From Dictyostelium discoideum (taxonomy: Eukaryota): a stretch of DNA of 64,000 nt. Below the pieces are notes generated by a model, which saw nothing but the letters and a program-made list of their open reading frames with translations, was not told the DNA's origin and did not search any database. Of the stretch, positions 29,524-46,275 are shown piece by piece; position 1 is the stretch's first letter; the number at the start of each line of letters is the position of its first letter. The stretch is taken from contig CM000151.3 of assembly GCA_000004695.1 (NCBI GenBank), positions 5,760,001 through 5,824,000 on the forward strand, given 5' to 3'. Both the position numbers and the translations under genes were made by a program.

Positions 29524-30435
29524 TTAAAATTCAGTTACAGATAAAGCAATACAAAATTGACCTAGCCAATAAACAATCATACCAAGATCTCCATGACCTA
29601 AAAGTTTACGAATAGTACTAACTTGACCATTTGCTAATTGATTAATTTCTCTAACCAAGATCATTAAATCAGAGATGAAAAAGAGTACAGCACCAATTGC
29701 ACCAATACTTGCGTAAAATGAGAAAGAAGAAAAGATATTTGAAAAGATGTCATGATTATTATTGATGATGGTAATCAATTTGAGGAAGGATTTGACCGAG
29801 GCAGTGAAGCACATTGTTACAATTACCGAGGTATAGAATAACAAAGCGATTGCCAATGATTTCGATATACCCATTTTGGAAAACAGTGGGAATACCTTTG
29901 CCAAATACATATAAACGAATAAACAAACTATACCCACCAACAATGCAGTTACAGTTGGTGTAAAGAATTGTTCTGATGAAGTGAACGCAAATATAAAACT
30001 AATATGTGCAACCAAGAAAAAGAAAACCCCATGAATGAAGAATCTCTTATACAAGAGGAAGAAATCCCCAACCGCTGATAAAAACAAACCAACAGAGATA
30101 TACATTGCATAGGTTGTTGGATTGTTTGGTATAATTAAATTAAACATTTGTTGGGTACCGCTCTTATGATGAATTGAGCACCATAATAATACTATATATC
30201 CTAAAATTACCACTGGTATGGGTTTAATAATTCTAAATTTACTTGTTGAATTTCTTTTTGCCATTAAATATCCAATACCCGTTGTTATAAACATTGTATA
30301 CAATAATTTCCACCACATATCCTTATCAATATATAATACATTACCTGCATTACTATCAATATTTGTAACTGTACTATGTTGTTGTTGACTTAAACTTTCA
30401 ATATTATTATTATCAATTATTATTGGTTCTTCCAT
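29524..30435 (-). CDS. YhhN-family membrane protein (TMEM86-like lysoplasmalogenase). It is a single exon, 303 aa.
   Basis: It is a polytopic membrane protein with about 8 TM segments. The YhhN-type blocks are present: AVGDFFLL, FFLVAHISFIFAF and, near the C-terminus, FFISDLMILV. Confidence 0.7.
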   Translation of the reverse strand: MEEPIIIDNNNIESLSQQQHSTVTNIDSNAGNVLYIDKDMWWKLLYTMFITTGIGYLMAKRNSTSKFRIIKPIPVVILGYIVLLWCSIHHKSGTQQMFNLIIPNNPTTYAMYISVGLFLSAVGDFFLLYKRFFIHGVFFFLVAHISFIFAFTSSEQFFTPTVTALLVGIVCLFVYMYLAKVFPLFSKMGISKSLAIALLFYTSVIVTMCFTASVKSFLKLITIINNNHDIFSNIFSSFSFYASIGAIGAVLFFISDLMILVREINQLANGQVSTIRKLLGHGDLGMIVYWLGQFCIALSVTEF

Positions 30436-30623
30436 TATTTATTTTTTTTTTTTTTTATTTAAAATAATTAAATAAAAATTTTCTTTTTTCTTTTTTCTTT
30501 TTTCTTTTTTCTTTTTTTTTTTTTTTCTTTTTTTTTTTTTTTTTATGATAAATTCTATCTGTATGCTAAATATGTATCAATCAACAAATAAAAATTTTAA
30601 TTTTTTTTTTTTTATTATTAAAA

Positions 30624-30658
<35 letters not shown>

Positions 30659-31054
30659 AATTAATTTATGATTATGTATGTATGTATAAAAGTGTTGAGT
30701 ATTTTATTATGAAATTAAAATTTAAAAATTAGCGAAAATATTTGTGGTGTGTTTAAAATAAAAAAAAATAATAAAGAAAAAAAAAAAAAATTAAAAAAAA
30801 AAAAAAATTAAAATAAAAAACAAATTAAATTTTATGTTTTAAAATAAAATAAAAAATCTTTGCAGCATGGGATTTTTTCTAAACCCAGTGAAAATTTTTT
30901 TTTGATCAACTCTGAAACCCTCGAAAAATAAAAAAAATAAATTAATATCTGAATATATTTACTTTAATTTTAAAATTTTATTAATTTTTTTTTAATTTTT
31001 TTATTTTATTTGTTTTTTTTCCTTTATACTAATATAATTAATTAATTATATTCA

Positions 31055-31087
<33 letters not shown>

Positions 31088-31227
31088 CTTTCAAATTTTA
31101 ATCAATTTTTTTTTTTTTTTTAATTTATTTTATTTTTTTTTTTAATTTTGATTTTTTAATTTTTTAATTTTTTTTTTTTTTTTTTTATTTTATTTTATTT
31201 TATTTTTTTTTCAATAATTAAAATAAA

Positions 31228-32163
31228 ATGTCAAAAACTTTAAATATATTAGAATTAACATCAGCATGTATAAAATTAGCACAAGAATCAGGTGATATAA
31301 TAAGAGATGTTTTTAAATCAGGATCATTAGGAATTGAAATGAAATCAGTTGATGATCCAATGACAAAAGCAGATTTATTATCACAACAACATATAATTGG
31401 TTCATTGAGAACTATTTGGAGTGATATTAAAATAGTTGGAGAGGAACAATGTGAAATACCAACAATCGATAAGAAACCACCAATTGATTTATTAGCAAAT
31501 GATAAAGATTGTATTGAGAAATGTCCAGAAGAATTCAAACAATTACCCATTGACGATTTAATCATTTTCATCGATCCATTAGACGCAACTAGAGAATTTA
31601 CATTGGGTAGAGTGGGTTGTGTGATGACATTAATTGGAATTAGTTTCAAAGGTAAACCAATTGCAGGTATCATTTATCAACCATTTGTAGATTGTAATGG
31701 TGATGGAACAACTGACCAATCTAAATGGGTGGGAAGAACAATTTGGGCTATTGTCGGTGGCGGCATACCAGTTAAGGGAATCAAAGATAGAAGAGCACCT
31801 GAAGATGTTGGTAAAGTGATTTTAACAACCACCGCCTCTCATTTCAATGATAAAGTTCAACAAGCTGTAGATGCAATTAAACCTGATAAATTATTAAGAG
31901 CTGGTGGTGCTGGTTATAAAAGTTTATTGGTAATTGAAAATCAAGCAGATGTTTATGTTTTCCCAACTGTTGGTTCAAAACTTTGGGATATCTGTGGTCC
32001 ACATGCTATCCTATTAGCTGTTGGTGGTAAATTAACTGATCCTCAAGGTAATGATATTATTTACTCAACCGATCCTGAAAAAATTGAAAATAAAAATGGT
32101 ATAATCATTACAATATCAAATCATCAAAAGTATATTGATTTATTAAAAAATTTTAAAAATTAA
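31228..32163 (+). CDS. 3'(2'),5'-bisphosphate nucleotidase (BPNT1-like, Li+-sensitive FIG/IMPase superfamily). It is a single exon, 311 aa.
   Basis: It is collinear with human BPNT1. The matching blocks are KADLLSQ, IVGEE, the metal-binding IFIDPLDATREF (a DPIDGT-type motif), GVINQP-like GIIYQP, TTTASH, LRAGGAGYK, YVFP and WDICGPHAILLAVGGKLTD. Confidence 0.85.
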   Translation: MSKTLNILELTSACIKLAQESGDIIRDVFKSGSLGIEMKSVDDPMTKADLLSQQHIIGSLRTIWSDIKIVGEEQCEIPTIDKKPPIDLLANDKDCIEKCPEEFKQLPIDDLIIFIDPLDATREFTLGRVGCVMTLIGISFKGKPIAGIIYQPFVDCNGDGTTDQSKWVGRTIWAIVGGGIPVKGIKDRRAPEDVGKVILTTTASHFNDKVQQAVDAIKPDKLLRAGGAGYKSLLVIENQADVYVFPTVGSKLWDICGPHAILLAVGGKLTDPQGNDIIYSTDPEKIENKNGIIITISNHQKYIDLLKNFKN

Positions 32164-33236
32164 AAAATTAAAATATATTTCAAAATAATAAAATAAAATA
32201 AAATATCCCATAAAAAAAATGTAAAAATAAAAAAAAAAATAAAAAAAATAAATCCTTTAAAAAAATAAAATAACCCTTTAAAAAATTAATTATTTCTTTT
32301 TTTGGTTTCTTTCGGAAAATCTTTTTACTCAAATAAAGGAATTTTCCTAATCAATAATCTTAAGATGAAAAAAAAAAAAAAAAAATTGGGTATTTAAAGT
32401 AGTTTTTTTTAATCATTTTTATAGTTTCAACTCACCACATCCAAGATACTCCTTACTCAAAATAGGTAAATAATAGTTGTAATTATTATTATTATAAAAA
32501 AAAAGATAATTTCTAAAATCATTTAAAAAGATTTATAGAGTAAAAGTTAAATTCCAAGTTCCAAGTTTCAAATGTCTTAACAAATTAAAAGAGTTTGCTT
32601 GTTATCTGTGGGTGGCCAAAATTTTTAAAAAAAAAATTAAAAAAATGATATTGTTTGCCTAATATAAATCGGTACTGATCCAATGTTAGAGAAAGGAAAG
32701 ATTTATCTATGCACTATGACATTGTAGATTGGTAGATAATTATATTATTACGACAATTGCCAATTTTTTTTTTCTTTTTTAAAAAAAAAAAAATCAAAAA
32801 AACAATTTTTTATGTCTGGATAATATTTTCAAGCCAGTGCTTTTTTAATTCCAAAAAAAAAAAATAATTATTTAATTTATTAATAATTATACAATAAATA
32901 AATTAAGAAAAAGTAATTTAATTTTTTTTAAAACAATTAAATGTTCCAATTAAAAGAAATTTATGCTATAAATTTAAAATTATAATAATAATACTTAATA
33001 TTTACTTTATCTTTTTATTTAAACCTTTTTTTTTTTTTTTTTTATAATAAATTCGTCCCTAGGAAAATATTACCAAAAATAAGTATATGTATTTTTATGG
33101 TTTGAAATAAAAATTGATATTTTATTTTTTAAAAAAACAAAAATGGAAAAATAATTTTTTGATTAATTCAATTAAATAAATATATAAAATTGTTGTTTGT
33201 AAAAAAAAAAAAAAAAAAAAAAATGAGTAGGCCAGT

Positions 33237-33276
<40 letters not shown>

Positions 33277-33307
33277 TTTTTTTATATAACATTTCACACT
33301 AAAAGTT

Positions 33308-34005
33308 ATGGAACAACAGCAACATCATAATTCTTTTTTTGGTAAATTATTACTTGGATTACTTGGAAAAAAAACATTACCAAATTCAACAATCTCATCA
33401 CCATGTTCACCTTCATTACCAGAATCAACAATTCAATGTGAACCAACATTTATATCAACATCAACAACAATAGATAATAATAAAAATAATTCAAGTTCCT
33501 CTTCTTCACCAATATCATCATTAAAAATTATTAATAACACTGAAAATGAAAATGAAAATGAAAATTTAATTAATGAAATAACAAATACATCTTTATTACC
33601 AAGTAGTGTTGAAAAAGATGAAATCTATATTAAAAAATTAGCAGTTAAATTTGTTGATGATTCAATTCCAACAGAATATGAAAGAAAGAAAGTATATAGT
33701 AAATTTAGAAAACAGTTAAATGAAAACGATGATAAAGAAATGGTATTTAATGAATTTTATAATAAAACTAAACATTTCTATCATGATAACAATATAAAAG
33801 AAGATATTCAAAATTTAATTAAAATAAGGCCAATTCAATTTTTAGAATTAAAAGAAAGAGAAATTCAAAGAATTGAAAATTCATTAATCGATTTCCCACA
33901 ATATAAAGATAAATTATTAAATTTGGTTGAAAATATTTTAAATCCATTTGAAAATGATTTTTTAAAAAGTAAATTATTAATACCTCCACACCCCCACCAC
34001 CCCTC

Positions 34006-34039
<34 letters not shown>

Positions 34040-36113
34040 CTAATTTTAAACATAAATTAAGATATTGAAGAAATTTATCCAAAATTATGGTTATATAGTA
34101 AAACAAAGAAATTTATAATTTCAAATAAAATTTATATTTATAAAAAGGTTAAAGATGAGGCATTTAAAGAATTTGGAGAATATGTTGATAAATTAATAAT
34201 GATAAATCAAAATAGAGAATTTGAAAATGAAAAAATAAAGCAATTTAAAAAATCTGGTAAAGATACATATCTATTACCAAAAAGAATTATAATTGGTGCA
34301 GTTTTACCACCAACAATGAATAGAAATCAACATGAAAAAGATCAATTCTTTGTATTAATATTTATAGTTTATTTAATTCAAAATTCAACATTATTTTCAA
34401 TTTCAAAATTAAATTTTATAAATATAATTAAAAATACTATAAAATATTTATATATTGATAATGATGAAGATTTAAAAGAATTTATAAAAATTAATAATGA
34501 CGATAATGAAGAAGAAGAAGAAGAAGATGATGATGATGATGATGAAAAAGAACATGAAAAAGAAGATGATGATGATGATGATGAGGATGATGATGAAGAA
34601 TTAAATAATAATTATAAATCATTAATTAAATTATTAAAAAGTGGTGATTATTATTGTTTAACAGGTACTGGTGTATCAATTGGTTTAGCAGAATCATATA
34701 TTTCAATATTAACATGGGAAGGTTTAATTAATAGTATATCAGAGGAATATTCATCATCATCAAATAATGAAGATACATTATTAAAACATTTAAATGAAAT
34801 GATTAGTAAAAAAGAGATAACATTAGTTGAAGCAGTTGATTTATTAAATTTAAATTATAATTCAAAAGGTTTAGATTATAAAAAAACAGTTTATAAAATT
34901 TTAAATAATGCACAACCAACCATATTTTCAAATCCATCACAATCAATTGCAGAGATTATTAGATCATTATCAGTACCAATTATAACCACAAATTACGATC
35001 ATCTATTGGAAACCTGTTTAAATAGACAATCATTCGATTCAATTGGTACAAATAAACATGGTAATAAATTCAATGACTTTAAAGATCATCGTGAAAAAGT
35101 TTACCATATTCACGGTTCAATGGATAATATCGATGGAATTTGTTTATCTAGAGATGAATATACACTATCAACACCATTTTTCTTATCAACTTGTGCACAA
35201 TTAAGAAATAAATCATTTTTCATTCTTGGGTTTGGTTCAGGTTTAACTGATGATCATTGGTTACCATTTTTAAAACATTCATCTGTAAATCATTATTGGA
35301 TTTGTTCAAAAGAATCTTTAATTAATAAAGGTACTAGAGAATTTGCACTTTCTTCAAATCAAATTACAAATGTTAGAATAGTTGAATATTTACGTGAAAA
35401 TTCTTCTTCCTATGTAAATTTCCTTTGGAAATTGGTTTTTAACTCAAATGTTGAACAAATTACATTTTCAAATACTTTAACCATTAATCAAATTTCAAAA
35501 TCTTTTAATTTAACATTATCTTGGGATTCAATAAATTCAAAACTTTTACATCATAATTCAACAACTTTAAATAATATTGATAATGATAATAATTATAAAA
35601 ATAATAATAATGAAAATAATGATGATAAACAATTATTTTACTATGAAAATGTTTTTATTAAAAAATTAAATCAATCAATTACAAATAATTATTATAAAAA
35701 ATCGTATGTTTTTTTTTTTTTTTTTTTTTTTATTTCTTAATTTATCATATTTATTAATATTTTTTTTTTTTTTTTTTTTCTTAAAAAAAAGTAAATCAAT
35801 TAAAGTTTTATTTTTTACAAATGATATAAAATTAATAAATTGTAAACCAATATTTATAGCTGGTGGATTTAATCATTGGAAAAAAGAAAAAGTTGAATTT
35901 ATAAAGAATGAAAAAACAATGTTTTATCAATTCGAAATTACTTTACCAGTTGGAAAAAATTTTTATCAGTTTTCAATTGATAATGACTTAAAATTAGTTA
36001 TTAATCAACCAACTGGAAAATATATAATGGATGAAAAGAAATCTGATCATTATTTAACTAAAAATATAATTGATTCCCAAATGAATCCAAATCCAATAGA
36101 ATTAAAATTTTAA
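33308..36113 (+). CDS. Multidomain protein with a low-complexity N-terminal region, an acidic linker, a SIR2_2-family (ThsA/DSR-like SIR2) NADase-type domain and a C-terminal CBM48/AMPK-beta glycogen-binding-like domain. The proposed model is join(33308..33968, 34062..35703, 35792..36113), about 874 aa.
   Basis: The SIR2_2 blocks are:
- YCLTGTGVSIGLAESYISILTW, Rossmann GxGxS-like
- PIITTNYDHLLETCL, the exact TTNYD catalytic-Asn motif
- KVYHIHGSMDNIDGICLSRDEY, the catalytic His-Gly
- KSFFILGFGSGLTDDHWLPFL, the FiGyS..D block

The last exon reads KPIFIAGGFNHWKKEKVEFIKNEKTMFYQFEITLPVGKNFYQFSIDNDLKLVINQPTGKYIMDEKKSDHYLTKNII. This matches the AMPK-beta GBD/CBM48 pattern GSFNNW...LP.G.HQYKF.VDG.W..D...P. 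Intron 2 has a GTATGT donor at 35704 and an AAAAAAAAG acceptor at 35791, both in phase. The exon 1-2 junction, a GTAAAT donor at 33969 and a TTAAG acceptor at 34061 in phase 1, is less certain. If exon 1 is a separate gene the CDS would start at ATG 34199. Confidence 0.6.
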
Positions 36114-36326
36114 AAATAAATTTAAATTATTATTATTATTTTATTTTTTTTTTTATATAAAATTACATTTTTTTTATTTTTTTTATTTTTTTTTTTTATT
36201 ATTTATTTTTTTTTTTTTTTTTCTTTAATTTCTATAAATTTGATTATAAATTTTTAAATATTTTTTTTTAATGAATCGAACTTCATTTTTTTTTTTTTTT
36301 TTTTTTTTAAATTTTATAATTTGTTT

Positions 36327-39194
36327 TTAAATTTCTTCATCATTATCAATATTATTTTTATTTTTACCTCTATTTAAAATATATTTTTCTTGTTCAATAT
36401 TTGAATTAGTTGGTGATAAATGTCTACGAACAAATTTAAGAGTAAAATCTGGAACTAAAGCAATGAAAATCATAATGATAACCATTACATAGAATTTTAA
36501 TAAATGTAAAGCGTAAATGAAAACCCAATACATATTTGGAATTTGTGTGATGATACTGCTATCAACCAATGAGATTACTAAATAAACAATTACGGAACCC
36601 CAAATACCAATATGGACGATGAAATTCCAATGTTTAATTTCAATAGCAGCCTTTAAGAGAATTGAGAGCACAGCAAAGGTTGCACAGAAACTACCAGCCA
36701 ATTCTTTACCACCAATTCTACCCCATTGATTAACCATATCACCACTACCATCTAAAAAGAAGTAAAGACCAAAAAAGAATACAACACTATGATATAGTGC
36801 ACCAATTAACCAATTTAAAATAGAACGATATTGGAAGAGATGACAATCTTGAACCTCTTTAAATAGATGTGGATTCTTTGGAATGATTTTTTCATTTACA
36901 TCTTTTTCAAACAATGCCATGAAATAAGGTGGAACTGAAGTCATAAGAATATTGAAAGTGGTAACGATCCAACTATCGTATAGGGTCATAGCTGTCCAAC
37001 CTGAATAAATGGAGAACCAAAATTGACATAAAAAGAATGCCATATTCTTATAGAATGAATATTTGATACAAAGTGAATTACGAACCATTGAATAACGACC
37101 ATGAACCGTAATTAAACGAGCTAAATGACGGAATCTTAAAAGTGCATAATCAGAGGCACGGGCAGCTTGAGTACCTTCATTACCGAAAATACCAACACCA
37201 ATATGTGCCTCTTGAATCATTGAAACATCATTTGCACCATCACCAATGGAAAGACAAACTTCTTTAGTGGATTTCTTAACCAAACGTACAATCAATGCCT
37301 TTTGGAGTGGTGTGACTCTACATGCCACAACTGAATGACATTTTGCTGCAATCTTTAAGAAATCAGCACTATGATCTTTTAATACAAAGGTCAAAGATTC
37401 ACCATTGATAACCATTGAAACTTTTTTATCAACTTGAGTTTCTGGATCAATGAAATTTTCAATTGCCCTCTTAATTTGAGTACCACATTCTTCAGTTGAT
37501 TCGGCGTTAATAATAATGATTGGAATTTCTGGTACTAATAATTTACAAGAGTAACCGATATTAATTGCTGTCTCTTGTTTATCACCTGTAATAATCCAAA
37601 CTTTAATATTTGCTTTCAGTAGATAATCAATAGTTTCTGGTACACCATCTTGTAATTTATCTTCGATAGCAGTACAACCAACCAATTCAAAACCACGTTC
37701 AATTTGATCATTCAATCTCTCCATTTCAGCTTCACGATCATGAATTAACGTTGATGCTTCATGATATTGTTGTGACCAATTTGAATATTCTTCTTGAGAA
37801 ATTTCACGTTTTGCTAAAATTAATGTACGTAAACCTTCACGTGAAAATTGTGAAATATGTTCTTTAGTTTGTTCTAATAATTCTGAATTACTTTCTTTTT
37901 CTGATAAACGTTCCATCATAATTGAATCTGCACCTTTTGAATAAAGTATAATTTTACCTTTTTTTTTTAAATTTGTTAATTGTGGTGGTGGTGTTAATAA
38001 ATTACCGTCAATATCAGTTGTTGAAGAATCATCAATTGGTGTTGTTTCAGTTGAATTATTATCATTATTTTCATCTTCTTCTCTTAATAAAATTGACATT
38101 CTACGACGATCAGAAGAAAATTCCATAATTGCTAATAATTGATATTGTTTATCTTCACCCATTACTCTAATTTGAGCATGAGTTGAAGTACGATTTATAA
38201 ATTCAAATTGATTAATTTTTGCACAATCACATAATGCAATTTCATCTGGTGATTGAGATTGGTAGGTGATTTTACCAGTTTCTTCATTAACATCTGAAAC
38301 TGCAGCATGACAAAGTGACATATTCAAAAGGAATTCTCTAATTGATTCTTCATTTTTAGTTTTTGATGTAACTTCATCCAATAGTTGTTGATTCATTGCG
38401 CCATCAAAGCAAGTACCATTAATTGAACATTTTGAAAATAACATTCTATTCTCTGTTAATGTACCTGTTTTATCTGAAAATATATATTTAATTAATGCTA
38501 ACTCATCATTTAAATTTGAATTTTTTACAGACATATATTTATTTAAAATCTTTGATTTCTCTTTTTTTGCCACAATATTTGATAATTCAATATCACCATT
38601 TGGTGATATAGTTGTAGTTGTTGTTTTATCTTCATTTTTAATTTTTAATTCTTCTTGTGGTTGTTCAATTTGTTTTTCATATTTTTTATTTTCTTTATAA
38701 CTCATTTTAACATCCCTTATTATAATAATAAAAAATTAAAAATTAATATAAAATTTATATAATAATAATATTTAATAATTAATATACAAACCATTCCATA
38801 TATTTTGCTTGTGAAACTTTTACAACTTCTAAAGTTACCATTAACGACATTGGAATTAAAAATGATAAAATTGCAAAATATGAAACGAAATTTTTAACAA
38901 TTGTAAAACCTAAAGAATCAAAATCAGATCGAAGATACCAAGAATCTCTTGCAGTATTAAATTCAAATAATGATGATAAAACAGTTGCAATAATTACTAA
39001 AACAACTTTAAAACAAAAAATACCAATTACCGATCTACCTAATCTAGTTTCAATTGTTGAAAATTTACTTGGTGGATTCTTTTGATTTAAACTTAATTTT
39101 GTATCTTTACCACAATAAAGTACAATACCAATTATAAAATGTGTATTTCTTAATCTTGCACCCTAAAATATGTATGAATATTAATATTATTTTT

Positions 39195-39230
<36 letters not shown>

Positions 39231-39964
39231 ACACTCACTCTTAACATTAATTGTTTTTCTGATAATGAAAAGGTTGAATTATCATTTTGAAGAGTGAATT
39301 TACCTTTAAATTTATATAAATTATTATTTGGTAATTCACATTCAATATTTGCATTTAAATCTAAAAGTTGTTCTTGAGTGAGTGAATTTGTTTCTTTAGC
39401 GGCTTTAAAAAGTTTAAGATTAGTTTCACCATCCAATTGACTAGTTTCAACATAACAAATGCCATCTTCAAGATTTGATGATAATACTAAAATATCTGAT
39501 GGAAATGCTTGATCGTTATCAATTCTAATGAAATCACCAACACAAATATGTTTACTTTTAATTAACCTGAATGAACCATCTCTATAGACTTGGTATTGGG
39601 TATAATTGGATGCTTTATCAGCTTTATATCTACGATAATCCTCAAATGCTTCCTTTAACGCTGTCACAACCAATACGAATATTAATGGAAGTAACGAAGT
39701 AACTGGTGACAAGGGTGAAACTTGTGGGATCAATGTAATCACACAAATAGCCGCGAAATAAATATTTGTAATCCTTTTAAATTGTTCAAATAAATTCTTA
39801 AATATAAAATTATATCTTGTATATTTTGTTGTTGAAATATCATTTGATTTATATCCTTTGCTTTTATTTACATCATTTTCTGTGGTTTTATTTGGTCTAA
39901 TCTCTATAATTGGATATGATGGTCTAGCCTTCTTTCTTCTAATTTTTAATTTTCCAAGTTTCAT
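36327..39964 (-). CDS. Phospholipid-transporting P4-ATPase (flippase). It has three exons, join(39239..39964, 38792..39162, 36327..38715), about 1161 aa.
   Basis: Exon 1 covers the N-terminus through TM1-2 and the actuator-domain start, ending ...SEKQLMLR at a GTGAGT donor. Exon 2 reads GARLRNTHFIIGIVLYCGKDTKL...LIPMSLMVTLEVVKVSQAKYMEW, followed by a GTTTGT donor. Exon 3 reads DVKMS...VKNSNLNDELALIKYIFSDKTGTLTEN, the phosphorylation-site DKTGT motif. It continues with TGDKQETAINIG, GDGANDVSMIQEAHIGVGI and 6 C-terminal TM segments. Both introns are 76 nt. Confidence 0.85.
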
Positions 39965-40394
39965 TTTTTCCTTTTTTTTTTTTTTTTCTTTTTCCTAAAC
40001 AAAAATGAAAATATTAAAAAAAAAAAAAAAAAAAAAAAATTATCACTTTGCGATGATAATAATTTTAAAATCTTAATATTTTATATTGATGAGAATTATT
40101 TTTATTTAAAAAAAAAAAAAAAAAAATTAAAAGAAAATGATTTTAAGATTTTCAGAATAATTCAGACAATTAATGATTAATTATGATTAATTGTGATTTT
40201 TTTTTTTTTTTTTCTGATATTTTTTTTTTTTTTTTTTTTTTTTGAAATTTTATTTTTGGGTCTTGTTATTATAATTGTAATTACTAATCACCTACCTATA
40301 AATAAAAATATCTTATAGTTATTTTTGTAAAAAAAAAAAAAAGAAAAAAAATTAAAAAAATATAAAAAAAAAAAAGTTGTGACTAACTGTTTTG

Positions 40395-40431
<37 letters not shown>

Positions 40432-40902
40432 AAAAAAAAAAATTCAAAAAAAAAAAAAAATCGATTTGCAAACACATTTTGGTGTTAGCCCAGAACACCA
40501 CGCAAAACAAAAATCATTTTTGGCGGCTGGGTGGACGTGAAAAAATGTGTTTTTGAGGTCCTTAAAAAAAATAAAATTTAAATTAAAATTAAAAAAAATA
40601 AAATAAACAATTTGACAACAATGGAATTAAAATGAAAATAAAAAATAAAAATAAATTAAAAATAAAAATAAAAATGAAAAATAACAGCATTAATTAAAAA
40701 TAAAGATATAAAATATTTTTTTTTTTTAAAAAAGTTAATTTCTCTCAAAAATAAATTTTTTTTTTTTTTTTTCTTGGTTTGGAAAAATAAAAAAGTATGG
40801 AAATTATATAATAGTTTCAGTCAAAAATTTATTATAAAATTGACACAATATTCTCCCCATCTAATTATTTTATTATAGGATATTATTATTATAATAGTTT
40901 CA

Positions 40903-44775
<3,873 letters not shown>

Positions 44776-44926
44776 TTTAATTAATAAAGATTGGATTTAT
44801 AAACTTTTGACAATTTGTGTGGGGTGGGAGGTTTTTTGTTGGTTTTTTTTTTTTTTTTTTTTTTTATTATTTTATTTTTCACAATTTAAGACCTAATTTA
44901 TTATTTATTTTATATTAAAACAAATA

Positions 44927-44959
<33 letters not shown>

Positions 44960-45415
44960 ATAAAACACAATAAATAAAAGAGGAGAGGGAGGTGGGGGGA
45001 AAAGTGCTAAAAAAAAAAAAATTGTTAGAATTAAAGGGTCCCTAATTTTTAATAAAAAAGAAATAAAAATAAAATAAAATAATGATAATGCAGTATAAAA
45101 AAAAATAAAAAATAAAGATTTAATAAATGAAAATATTAATTAATAATAAACAATTTAAATGTAATTATATATATATATGAAGAAGTGTAGATTAATTTAA
45201 AAAATTAAATAAAAAAAAAATTATAATAATCTCTTTTTCTTTCTTTTTTTTTTTTTTTTTCGGATGGTTTTTTTTTTTATTTTATTTTTATTTTTTAATT
45301 AATAATAAATAAAGAAAAAGTACAACCAATACGACCATGGATATCCATACTTGTAAAAATGACAACATAAGTTATTAATGATAGTGATAATAAATAAAGG
45401 GAGAGGAAAAAATCA

Positions 45416-45473
<58 letters not shown>

Positions 45474-45665
45474 ATAATAATAATAATAATAATTGCAATT
45501 GGTTTATTAATTTTGTATCAGAGTGTGAGTGTGAGTGTGTGTATGTGTGTGTGAATTTTTGCATTTTAATGAGTGAAAATAAATGAATAGCATCTTTAAC
45601 AGTTTATACAATCTTTTTTTATTATACATACTTTTATTTGTAGTTAAAAAAAGAAAATAACGTTG

Positions 45666-45696
<31 letters not shown>

Positions 45697-46037
45697 GTGT
45701 CTGTCAGTAACGAAAAAAAAATTTTTAAAAAAAAAAAAATAAAAAAAAATAAAAAAATAAAAAAAATAAATTTAAAAAAATAAAATTAAAAAAAAAAATA
45801 TTAAATAAAAAAAATGTTTTAGTATGATTTTAATACCTCATTAACTATTTTTTTAAAAAAAAAAAATTGGTGGATTTCTTTTTTAAGGATAATTAAATAA
45901 AAATAAATAAAAAAAAAGGGAATTGATTAATTTATTTATTTACCCCCAATCCACAAGCTCACATTCGCACTTAAAAATACGGTTATGGTTAAATTAGTAT
46001 GTGTATTTTTAAAAATTCTTTATTATTTTATATTTTA

Positions 46038-46074
<37 letters not shown>

Positions 46075-46238
46075 CAATAAAAGTTTAATTAATTAAATAA
46101 TAGTATTTTTAAATATATAACCTAATCAGTTTGTTGTTACTTATTTTTAGGAAAGTTTTTTTTTTTTTTTTATTTGTGGTGTTTATTATTTTAATTTTTA
46201 TTTTATTTATATTTAAAAGACCAAACTATTTTTATATT

Positions 46239-46275
<37 letters not shown>

